A stretch of 64,000 bases of DNA. Origin: a virus. Its lineage: Duplodnaviria; Caudoviricetes. Shown here in pieces: positions 35,501-43,845 of this stretch. Below the pieces are notes generated by a model, which did no database searches, was not told the DNA's origin, and saw nothing but the letters and a program-made list of their open reading frames with translations. A program made the translations under genes and the position numbers. The stretch spans positions 16,033 through 80,032 of IMG/VR virus record IMGVR_UViG_2645728093_000001. The stretch is one strand, 5' to 3'. The stretch's first letter is position 1. Each line of letters begins with the position of its first letter.

Positions 35501-36526
35501 ATGAACGCACCCATCCGGCATGCCGATCTCGAGGCGCTGGTTACCGCGCTGATCGCGTACGGCAACGGTCATCGCAACATCGAAGGGCTCGTACCGCAGG
35601 CGACTGCGACCGGCATCGGCGAGGGGCAAGCCTCGATCGGCGGCTTCCTCGTGCCGGAAACCGTAGCATCCGAGATCTGGATGCGGATCTATGCGACTGG
35701 CCGTATCATTAGGCACTGCGCGCCGCAGCCGATCACCCGCAGGGCCGGTGTGAAGGTTCCGGCAATCAGCGAGACCAGCCGAGTCGACGGATCGCGGTTT
35801 GGTGGCGTCCGGAGTTGGTGGGTCGATGAAGGCCAAGCCCCGACGGCTTCGAAGCCGAAGTTCGATCAGGTCGGGCTTCTGTTGAAGAAGCTTCTGACCA
35901 TCATCTATGCGACGGATGAGCTCACCGAGGATGTACCGGCGCTGAGCGCGTTCCTGGAGCGCGTTATGTCGCTCGAGATGCAGTTCACGATCGAGGACAA
36001 GATCATCAACGGTACCGGCGCCGGTGTGCCGCTGGGCGTTCTCAATTCAAGGGCGCTGATCGTTGTCCCGGCAGAGGGTGCCCAAGCCTCGCAATCCGTG
36101 TTGTATGCGAACCTCGCCAAGATGGTCGGCCGTCTGTGGCCCGCATCCTTTGCGACCGCCGTGTGGGTGATGAACAGCGACGTGTTCAATCTTCTGCTCC
36201 AGATGACCGATGCGGCTGGCGCTCCCGTTGTGGTCGCGGACGCCGCCGGCGTCATGCGACTTCTGACGATCCCGGTTGAGGTTTGCGAATACAACCCGAC
36301 CATCGGCAACATCGGCGACATCATGCTGTGCGATTTCGGCCAGTATCTGCTGTCGCAAGCCTCCGACCCGATCGAGCGCAGCATCCACGTCCAGTACGTG
36401 ACCGACGAGACAGCATTCAAGCTGCGCTACCGCGTCGACGGCAGCCCGGCCTGGATGACCCCGGTCACCCCAAGAAACGCGACGCTGACGCAGTCGCCCT
36501 TCATCGCGCTCGGCGCGCGCCCCTGA
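35501..36526 (+). CDS. HK97-fold capsid protein paralogue 1 (short N-terminus)
   Basis: GGFLVP, ETSRVDGSRFGG, IINGTGAGVPLGVLNS, SPFIALGAR. Confidence 0.88.
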   Translation: MNAPIRHADLEALVTALIAYGNGHRNIEGLVPQATATGIGEGQASIGGFLVPETVASEIWMRIYATGRIIRHCAPQPITRRAGVKVPAISETSRVDGSRFGGVRSWWVDEGQAPTASKPKFDQVGLLLKKLLTIIYATDELTEDVPALSAFLERVMSLEMQFTIEDKIINGTGAGVPLGVLNSRALIVVPAEGAQASQSVLYANLAKMVGRLWPASFATAVWVMNSDVFNLLLQMTDAAGAPVVVADAAGVMRLLTIPVEVCEYNPTIGNIGDIMLCDFGQYLLSQASDPIERSIHVQYVTDETAFKLRYRVDGSPAWMTPVTPRNATLTQSPFIALGARP

Positions 36527-36631
36527 TCTGACATCCGAATTCGCGGAGTAGGGGCGCTGTAGCGACCCCGATCTTCGCGTGCAAACGCGGGCTCTGTCGA
36601 GACCGCAACTTCCGACGAGTCCATCCCAACC

Positions 36632-36661
36632 AAGGCGCCCCGAACACGGGCGCCTTTTTTA
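36632..36661 (+). terminator. Hairpin plus T-tract just upstream of the major capsid RBS
   Basis: AGGCGCCC-cgaacac-GGGCGCCT-TTTTT. Confidence 0.6.
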
Positions 36662-36674
36662 TTGGAGACGCGAA

Positions 36675-38057
36675 ATGCGTATCAAAGTTCTTCGCCAGAA
36701 GAAGGCAGACCTCCTCGTCGAGGCCGGCGCTCTGGCAGCGAAGCTCGATGCCAACACCATCACGCCGGATGAGATGTCGCGGCTGAACCGCATCACCTCG
36801 ACGACCCCGGCCACCGCCACCTCCGCCGAGATCCCGAGCGAACTCGCGACGGTCAACGCCGAGATCGCCCGCGAGGAGTTGCTCATGGAAGAGCGTCGCG
36901 GCATGGAGTCGGCGAGCCATCTCAGCGCCGATACCCCGGCCGAGCGCGCCGCGCGCGTCCCGGCCGAGCCGAAGCAGCAGCCCGAGAAGTTCGGCTCCTT
37001 CGGCGAGCAGATGATGGCGATCGCGCGCGCCGGCATCCCCAACTCCACGCCCGATCGCCGCCTCGTCATGGTGCAGTCGGCAGGCCCGACCGGCGTCAAC
37101 GAGAGCGTGGGCTCGGAGGGCGGTTTCCTGGTGCAGAGCGATTTCCAGGATCAGTTGCTGGATGACCTCTACGCCGGCGGCGACATCCTGTCGCTGATCA
37201 ACCCGGGCAAGATCGGCCTCTCGGCCAACTCGAACGGCATCCGCCTCAACGGTGTCGACGAGACCAGCCGCGCCAACGGCTCCCGCGCCGGCGGCATCCA
37301 GGCGTTCTGGACCGGTGAGGCCCAGCAGAAGACCGCCACCCAGCCGAAGTTCCGTCAGATCTCGATGGAGCTCGATAAGCTGACCGGCCTCTGCTACGCG
37401 ACCGACGAGTCCCTCCAGGATGCGGCGGTCCTCGAGCCTTGGCTCAAGGAGGCGTTCAACACCGAGTTCACGTTCAAACTCGAAGACGCCATCGTGAACG
37501 GCACCGGTGTCGGTATGCCGCTCGGCATCCTGAACAGCGGCGCGCTGGTCACGGTCTCGAAGGAGGCCAACCAGGCGGCCAACACGCTGCTGTCGATGAA
37601 CATCCTCAAGATGTGGTCGCGCCTGCCGATGCGCAGCCGCAAGAACGCTGTGTGGTTGATCAACCCGGACGTCGAGCCGATGTTCGGCCAGCTCAGCATG
37701 CCGGTGTTCAACGTCGACAACTCGCAGATCGTCGGCGGTCTCCCGGCCTATGTGAGCTACACGCCGCCGACCGACAGCGCTTACGCCAAACTGCAGGGGC
37801 GTCCGGTCATCCCGACCGAGTACAACAACACCCTCAGCGGTCTCGGCGACATCATCCTGTTCGACCCGACCGCGTATCTCGCGATCGACAAGGGGCAGAT
37901 GCAGCAGGCGTCCTCGATCCACGTCCGCTTCATCTACGACGAGACCTGCTTCCGCTTCGTCTACCGCTTCAACGGTCAGCCGAAGTGGCGCACGGCGCGC
38001 ACCCCGTACAAGGGGTCGAACTCGCAGTCGCCGTTCGTCACCCTCCAGGCCCGCTGA
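36675..38057 (+). CDS. Major capsid protein (HK97 fold, with N-terminal delta/scaffold segment)
   Basis: Helical N-terminus, GGFLVQ, ETSRANGSRAGG, IVNGTGVGMPLGILNS, SPFVTLQAR. Confidence 0.93.
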   Translation: MRIKVLRQKKADLLVEAGALAAKLDANTITPDEMSRLNRITSTTPATATSAEIPSELATVNAEIAREELLMEERRGMESASHLSADTPAERAARVPAEPKQQPEKFGSFGEQMMAIARAGIPNSTPDRRLVMVQSAGPTGVNESVGSEGGFLVQSDFQDQLLDDLYAGGDILSLINPGKIGLSANSNGIRLNGVDETSRANGSRAGGIQAFWTGEAQQKTATQPKFRQISMELDKLTGLCYATDESLQDAAVLEPWLKEAFNTEFTFKLEDAIVNGTGVGMPLGILNSGALVTVSKEANQAANTLLSMNILKMWSRLPMRSRKNAVWLINPDVEPMFGQLSMPVFNVDNSQIVGGLPAYVSYTPPTDSAYAKLQGRPVIPTEYNNTLSGLGDIILFDPTAYLAIDKGQMQQASSIHVRFIYDETCFRFVYRFNGQPKWRTARTPYKGSNSQSPFVTLQAR

Positions 38058-38140
38058 TCGCGGCGGAAGGTCACTGATAGTCGGGGTCGCCGCGATCGGC
38101 GGCGGCCCTTCACCCCATCCCGAAATCTGGAGCCAAAAAC

Positions 38141-38635
38141 ATGGCGAAATTCACCTTCCCGGAGCAGTTTCAGATCGTCGAGGCGCTTGCCCCGGCGGCG
38201 GACGCTGCCGGTCGCGCGCAGGCCAACGCTGTCAGCCTCAAGAACTATTCGAAGGCCTGGCTCGTGGTCCACATCACTCAGGGCAACGCTGCCACCATCT
38301 TGCTGTCGATCCTTCAGGCGCAGACCGTCGCGAAGGCGGGTGGCAAGGCGATCACCAACCCCGTCCGCATCTGGACGAACCTGGACACGTCGCTTGGCGA
38401 CACCAAGACGCGCCAGGCCGATGCGGTCAACTTCACCACCGATGCGGCGGTCAAGAACAAGATGGTGATCTTCGAGGTCGATCCGGCCTACCTCGATATC
38501 AACGCGGCGATCCCGTTCGACTGCGTCTATATGTCGACGGGCGCCTCCAACGCGGCCAACATCACCCAGGCGTATTGGATCCTCAGCGGGCCGCGCTTCG
38601 CTTCCGCAACGCCGCCGTCGGCGCTCACCGACTAA
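38141..38635 (+). CDS. Probable head decoration / cement protein
   Basis: Follows the major capsid gene; beta-rich; strong SD. Confidence 0.6.
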   Translation: MAKFTFPEQFQIVEALAPAADAAGRAQANAVSLKNYSKAWLVVHITQGNAATILLSILQAQTVAKAGGKAITNPVRIWTNLDTSLGDTKTRQADAVNFTTDAAVKNKMVIFEVDPAYLDINAAIPFDCVYMSTGASNAANITQAYWILSGPRFASATPPSALTD

Positions 38636-38712
38636 GCGCGCAACGAACGAGTCGGGACCGCGTTATCGCGGTCTCGGCTGTTCGAGGGTGTAGCAGAACG
38701 GAGAAGTGAACC

Positions 38713-39384
38713 ATGTACGTGCTTCAACTCGCCGGCCGTCAGGACGGCCAGATTGTGGAAATGGATGCGGTCACAGCCAAGGCTGCGATCGCGCAGGAGA
38801 CGGCCAGGGTGCCGACGGACGAAGAGATCCAAGAGGCAGGTTTCTTGGCAAAGAACCGCGACGTTGAAGTGCCGCCGCGGCAGGTGCTGATTGGCTACCG
38901 CGTCGAGCCCAGCCTCGAAGGTCCCGGCTGGGATCTGTTCGATGCCGGCGGCGTCAAGCTGAACAAGGACGAGCCGTTCCACAACAAGCAGGAAGCGATG
39001 GACGCCGCCGAGAATTTTGGCCGGCGTGCCCGCGGACTGCCTGAAAAGGCGGACGTCTGGTCCAATCAGGGTGGCCAGGGCGACGGACAGGGGGGCGGCG
39101 AGCAGCAGCCCTACGACAAGATGAACGTCGAGCAGCTGCGCGCCGAATCCGACCGCCGCGGTCTCGACAGCAGCAAGGCCACCAAGAAGGCCGACTGGAT
39201 CGCGCTTCTGAAGCATGACGACGAGGTCAAGGCGGCGATCGCGGCCGGCAATTACGATGCCCTGACGGTCGACGAGCTCAAGGCCTTGGCCGATGCGCGC
39301 AAGGTCGACATCTCCGGCAAGTCTGCGAAAGCCGATCTCGTCGCCGCTCTCAAGGCGGCCGATGGACCGGTTGTCTCCGGCTAA
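38713..39384 (+). CDS. Virion-associated protein with two HeH/SAP-like repeats
   Basis: YDKMNVEQLR...KKADWIALL and YDALTVDELK...AKADLVAAL. Confidence 0.7.
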   Translation: MYVLQLAGRQDGQIVEMDAVTAKAAIAQETARVPTDEEIQEAGFLAKNRDVEVPPRQVLIGYRVEPSLEGPGWDLFDAGGVKLNKDEPFHNKQEAMDAAENFGRRARGLPEKADVWSNQGGQGDGQGGGEQQPYDKMNVEQLRAESDRRGLDSSKATKKADWIALLKHDDEVKAAIAAGNYDALTVDELKALADARKVDISGKSAKADLVAALKAADGPVVSG

Positions 39385-39448
39385 GCCGGCTCAGAACTCG
39401 CGAAGATCCCGGGGGCCGCGTGCCCCCGGACTGCTTTGAGAGGGCCGC

Positions 39449-40126
39449 ATGTTCACCGTAATCACGCCGGCGGCCAACAAGGACATCACGACCCTCGCCA
39501 ATCTGAAGGCGGATCTCGGCATCTCCGACGCCGACCATTCCGAGGACCCGTATCTCCAGCGGGCGATCAAGCAGATGACGTCGCGGATCTGCTCCTACAT
39601 GAACGTGCCGTACGCCCAGGACGGGACGCGGACGATCGGCTTCGAGACGCTCGAGCAGAAGTTTGCCCGGAGCCCTTGGATGCGGTCGCAGGGATGCGAG
39701 CTTGTCCTGGCGCGGAAGCCGGTGGCTGAAATCGCCTCGGTGATGGTTGGAGATACCGCCATCGCCGATACCGGCTATGAACTCGATGGACCGGCCGGCA
39801 TGCTCCGCCGCGTCTGGGACGGCAATTTGACCTCGCTATCATTCCAGCCGACGGATCGGACCGTCATCCGGTTCGATGCCGGCTGGAAGCTTCCTGGGGA
39901 CGCCAACCCGACGCTGCCGGAAGACATCGAGGCTTGCGTGATCTCGCTGATCAAGGCCACGCGCGCGGCGCGCACCCGCGACCCATTGGTCAAATCGCAG
40001 TGGGTGACCGATATCGAGCGCCTCGACTTCTGGGTCGGCGCAGTTTCCGGCGGCGGTGGTGATACCAGTGGGTTGCCGCCGGAATTGACCGGGCTGCTCG
40101 ATCCCTACTGTTACGAGCCGATGTGA
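39449..40126 (+). CDS. Head-tail connector (gp6-like)
   Basis: TTLANLKADLGI...FDAGW...LPEDIE...LLDPY. Confidence 0.8.
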   Translation: MFTVITPAANKDITTLANLKADLGISDADHSEDPYLQRAIKQMTSRICSYMNVPYAQDGTRTIGFETLEQKFARSPWMRSQGCELVLARKPVAEIASVMVGDTAIADTGYELDGPAGMLRRVWDGNLTSLSFQPTDRTVIRFDAGWKLPGDANPTLPEDIEACVISLIKATRAARTRDPLVKSQWVTDIERLDFWVGAVSGGGGDTSGLPPELTGLLDPYCYEPM

Positions 40127-40479
40127 TGGACCAGGCCGCCGCAGATCGCGCCCGCGAGGCTATCAACCGGCGTGGCCAGGTGATCAGCATCCGTCGGATG
40201 ACGAAGACCACGCCTCAGACTGTGGCGAGCCGCGCTGACCTTAAGGCGACGGTCAGGAACTACACGCCGGACGAGTTGGTCAAAGGCATCACGGCCGGGA
40301 TGCGTCTGATCACGGTCTCGAAACTTGAGTTGGCGGCGAAGGGCTTCCCGATCCCGCCGGTCAAGGGTGATCGAATTTATCTCGGTGACGCGTTCGTCAC
40401 TCCGACCACGATCGACACCGTGGATCCTGATCATCGCGAGTACCAGGGCTGCTACGAGCTCCGGACGACCGGCAGCTGA
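40123..40479 (+). CDS. Head closure / head-tail joining protein
   Basis: Position and size in the neck module. Confidence 0.65.
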   Translation: MMDQAAADRAREAINRRGQVISIRRMTKTTPQTVASRADLKATVRNYTPDELVKGITAGMRLITVSKLELAAKGFPIPPVKGDRIYLGDAFVTPTTIDTVDPDHREYQGCYELRTTGS

Positions 40480-41133
40480 ATGCCGCGGATATCGACCTTC
40501 GCCAAGGATCTGCAATTGGCCACGGCCGGCATCGCGCCGGAGAACATCGGCAAGGAGTTGGCCGCCTTCGCTCGATCCGAGCTCGCCAACGCGATCCAAG
40601 AAGGCGAGGGGTCGGAACGGTACGAGAGGTACGTCAACGGTCGCCTCGGCGCACAGGAAGAGACCGTCGTGCCGCCGGGCCCGATCCTGTACGTCTTCCA
40701 TTGGTGGCGCGAGATCGTAGAATTCGCGCTCCAGACCGCGGTGGAGCGATCGCCCGAGAAGTCCGGCGATTACAAGAAATCGTGGTTCATCATGACGCCC
40801 GGCGGCGTCGTGAAAAGCTTCGACGATATCCCGATCAACTCGACGGTGGTCCTGACCAACAATCGCCCGTATGCCCGTAAGATCGACGTCGGCCACATGC
40901 GGATGACGGTGCCGCCGGGCATCGTCGAGGACGTCCGCAAGGCGGTGATGGCGCGCTTCGGCAACTTCGTCATCGCGAAACGCACCATGATCCCGTTGCC
41001 GGGCGGCTATGTCCTGAAGGGGCGCTTCCGCCGCGGCTACCGGCCATTCGCGCGGACAAAGCTGCGGTCCGACACCATGGCCGGAGCTCAGATGACATAT
41101 CCGGCTCTGGTGTTGTCGATGAAGGTGCTCTGA
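40480..41133 (+). CDS. Neck / tail completion protein
   Basis: SPEKSGDYKKSW, NNRPYARKI. Confidence 0.7.
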   Translation: MPRISTFAKDLQLATAGIAPENIGKELAAFARSELANAIQEGEGSERYERYVNGRLGAQEETVVPPGPILYVFHWWREIVEFALQTAVERSPEKSGDYKKSWFIMTPGGVVKSFDDIPINSTVVLTNNRPYARKIDVGHMRMTVPPGIVEDVRKAVMARFGNFVIAKRTMIPLPGGYVLKGRFRRGYRPFARTKLRSDTMAGAQMTYPALVLSMKVL

Positions 41134-41606
41134 TGGCGTTCCCCGACGATCCGGTGTTCGCCGCCGTCCAGGCCTATCTCGGCTACACGGACCTGATCAG
41201 CGGGGCTTGGGTGCCGGGCGCATGGGATCCGGCCGACGGCACGCTGGTCTACGAGAACGAAAGTGATGGACCGCCGGCGGGTGATGTCTCGACCTGGGTT
41301 CTCGTCATGCTCAACAGCGAGCTTTACGGCCAAGAGTCGATCGGCGCCGGCGACCAAGGCTCGAACCGGTGGGATGAAGGCGGGACGCTCTGGCTTCATG
41401 TCTTCACGCCGCGCGGTACCGGCTCGAAAGAGGCACGCCGGCTCGCGAAGGGTCTTGCCAATCTCTTCCGCGGCAACAACACGCTGATGAGCGGACTCCT
41501 CGAGTTCATGGACGCCGATCTCGGCGCCGGCGACCCGGGGAAGGAAAATGCCAACTACTACCTGATGTCCGTCAGCATCGAATGGCGCGTCATCGACGCG
41601 CACTAG
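41133..41606 (+). CDS. Tail terminator protein
   Basis: G.LWLHVFTPRGTG; precedes the tail tube gene. Confidence 0.7.
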   Translation: MAFPDDPVFAAVQAYLGYTDLISGAWVPGAWDPADGTLVYENESDGPPAGDVSTWVLVMLNSELYGQESIGAGDQGSNRWDEGGTLWLHVFTPRGTGSKEARRLAKGLANLFRGNNTLMSGLLEFMDADLGAGDPGKENANYYLMSVSIEWRVIDAH

Positions 41607-41616
41607 GAGCCCGCCA

Positions 41617-41838
41617 ATGAAATACGACGTTCTGAAGCCTTTCAACTCGACCAACCGCCGCTTCAAGCCGGACGTCGAGGGAGCCAACACCGTCGAGGAG
41701 ACCGACGACGTGTCGCCGCACACCATCGAGACGCTCGAGCGGGGCGAATTCATCAAGGCGCAAACTTCGAAGCCTCCGGTCGCGCCTCCCGAGAACAAGA
41801 TGGTCGCGGCGCCGGCGGTTGCGGGCTCCGAGAAGTAG
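41617..41838 (+). CDS. Hypothetical virion-module protein
   Basis: AGGAG SD; PENKM motif. Confidence 0.6.
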   Translation: MKYDVLKPFNSTNRRFKPDVEGANTVEETDDVSPHTIETLERGEFIKAQTSKPPVAPPENKMVAAPAVAGSEK

Positions 41839-41866
41839 CCAGCCTCACAATTTCTGATCTCACGCA

Positions 41867-41892
41867 AGGCGCCTTCGGGCGCCTTTTTCTTT
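41867..41892 (+). terminator. Hairpin plus T-tract just upstream of the tail tube RBS
   Basis: AAGGCGCC-TTCG-GGCGCCTT-TTTCTTT. Confidence 0.65.
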
Positions 41893-41905
41893 GGGAGAGC
41901 GATCG

Positions 41906-43387
41906 ATGACGTCGGCCAATAGAACCCAGGTTGTCTGCGTGAGGGAGTCGACGCTGGGCGTGACGCCCAACACCCCGCGCATGCGCAAGATGCGCATTAC
42001 CGGCGAGTCGTTGAGCTTCGCGCCGACGTACGTGGATTCGGAAGAGCTCCGCGATGACCGCATGCTCGGTGATCCGATCAAGACCAACCAGGTCTCGCAG
42101 GGCGGCATCAACTTCGAGCTCTCTTACCCCGATGATCTCTCGCCGATGTCCGAGATCATCATGTCGGCATTCGAGAATGCCTGGGTGAACACGCCGCAGT
42201 TTTTCAACGACGGCACCGCGGACAGCATCATCACCGATGCCGGCACCGTGGCGAGCACGTATGCGGTGAACGCCGGCGGTACCGCGGTGAAGGTCGGCCA
42301 TCTCGTCCAGGCCAAGGGCTTTGGCCAGGCCGCCAACAACCAGATCTTCAGGGCGAGCGCATCGACGGCAACGACGGTTGTCGGTGCCACCGGCTTGGTC
42401 GCCGAGATGGCGCCTCCCGGCACGGCATCGCTTAAGGTCGTCGGTTTTGCTGGTGCGTCCGGTGACCTCACGGCGCTGGCCGACGGTCTGGGCTCGACCG
42501 CTCTCGACTTCACGACGCTTGGATTGGCAGTCGGGCAGGCAGTGAAGGTCGGCGGCAGTGCGGCTGGCACTCAGTTCGCTTTCCTGATCTCGGCCGGCAC
42601 CAAGGCGCGCGCGGCCGCGTACGCCCGCGTCACCGGCATCGCGGCCAACAAGCTGACGCTGGATAACCTCCCGTCGGGTTGGACGACTGACGCCGGTACC
42701 GGCAAGACGATTTGGGTGTTCTTCGGCGACCAGATCAAGAACGGCGTAACGAAAAACTCCCTCTCGATCGAGAAGGGGTTCCTGGCGCAGCCGGTGCCCT
42801 CCTACATCACCAACCTCGGCATGTGCGCGAACACCTTCAGCGTCGATATGACGAGCGGCGACAAGATCAAGGGCTCGGTCGCCTTTACCGGCATGGGTGG
42901 CGGCATCAGCACCACGACGCTGGATGCCGCGCCTGACGCCGTTACGACCGGCGTCGTGATGGCGGCGAATGCGAACGTCGGTCGCCTCGGCGTGAACCAG
43001 GTCCAGCTTGGCGCGCCGAATTGGGCGAAGGGGTTCACGCTCCAGATCAACAACAACCTTCGGTCCCGCGACGCCGTCGACTCCGATGCGCCGGTTGATA
43101 TCGCGGACGGCGAGTGCACCGTTACGGGTAAGCTGACGACGTACTTCGGCAGCAAGGACGAGGTCGAGGCCTTCTACAACGGCACGCCGCGGCAGATCAA
43201 TTCTCGCGTCACGAAGAACGGCCAGACCCTGTTCTTCCAGATCCCGCGGGCGATCTACCGCGGCGGCGGCAACCCGCAAGCCACGGCGAAGAACACCGAC
43301 GTGATGGCGGATTTCGACTGGCAGGCGGCCCAGGACGTGGCGACAAACGCCCACATCATCCTCGACCGTCTCCCCTACGTCGAGTGA
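41906..43387 (+). CDS. Major tail tube protein with inserted domain
   Basis: ESTLGVTP...RITGESL...SEELRDDR...GGINFELS; SIEKGF; VTGKLTTYF. Confidence 0.85.
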   Translation: MTSANRTQVVCVRESTLGVTPNTPRMRKMRITGESLSFAPTYVDSEELRDDRMLGDPIKTNQVSQGGINFELSYPDDLSPMSEIIMSAFENAWVNTPQFFNDGTADSIITDAGTVASTYAVNAGGTAVKVGHLVQAKGFGQAANNQIFRASASTATTVVGATGLVAEMAPPGTASLKVVGFAGASGDLTALADGLGSTALDFTTLGLAVGQAVKVGGSAAGTQFAFLISAGTKARAAAYARVTGIAANKLTLDNLPSGWTTDAGTGKTIWVFFGDQIKNGVTKNSLSIEKGFLAQPVPSYITNLGMCANTFSVDMTSGDKIKGSVAFTGMGGGISTTTLDAAPDAVTTGVVMAANANVGRLGVNQVQLGAPNWAKGFTLQINNNLRSRDAVDSDAPVDIADGECTVTGKLTTYFGSKDEVEAFYNGTPRQINSRVTKNGQTLFFQIPRAIYRGGGNPQATAKNTDVMADFDWQAAQDVATNAHIILDRLPYVE

Positions 43388-43421
43388 TGCGATCTCAACG
43401 AGACTTGCCTTTCGGAGGTAG

Positions 43422-43844
43422 ATGATGGCGCTGAATATCCCGCAATATCTGCGAACGGCGCTTGGCTTTGCTCCGTCGAGCAAGACCGAGGGGGCAATTC
43501 CTGTCGAGGACATCGGCCTCTATGCTGGCGCAAAAATCGTCTCCATAGCCGGCACGGCGGTGACGCTCGACAATGATGCGCACCACGCGAGGATATTGGA
43601 CTTTACGGCCGGATCTGCGGTTACGGTTTCAGTCCCTAACTCGCTACGACCCGACTTTTTCTGTGGCATCAGCCAAGGCGGAGCCGGGCAGGTGACTGTT
43701 GCGGTGGCCGCGGGGGCCGCAGGAGTCGGCGTCACACTCAACGAACCTAGCAACCAACTGAAGACGTCGGCCCAGTTCGTGATGCTTTCGCTCATCGCGT
43801 TCTCGCGCAACACATTCCGTCTCTTTGGTAGCACGGCCGCCTGA
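43422..43844 (+). CDS. Hypothetical tail-associated beta protein
   Basis: GGAGG SD; QGGAGQVTV motif. Confidence 0.65.
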   Translation: MMALNIPQYLRTALGFAPSSKTEGAIPVEDIGLYAGAKIVSIAGTAVTLDNDAHHARILDFTAGSAVTVSVPNSLRPDFFCGISQGGAGQVTVAVAAGAAGVGVTLNEPSNQLKTSAQFVMLSLIAFSRNTFRLFGSTAA

Positions 43845-43845
43845 A

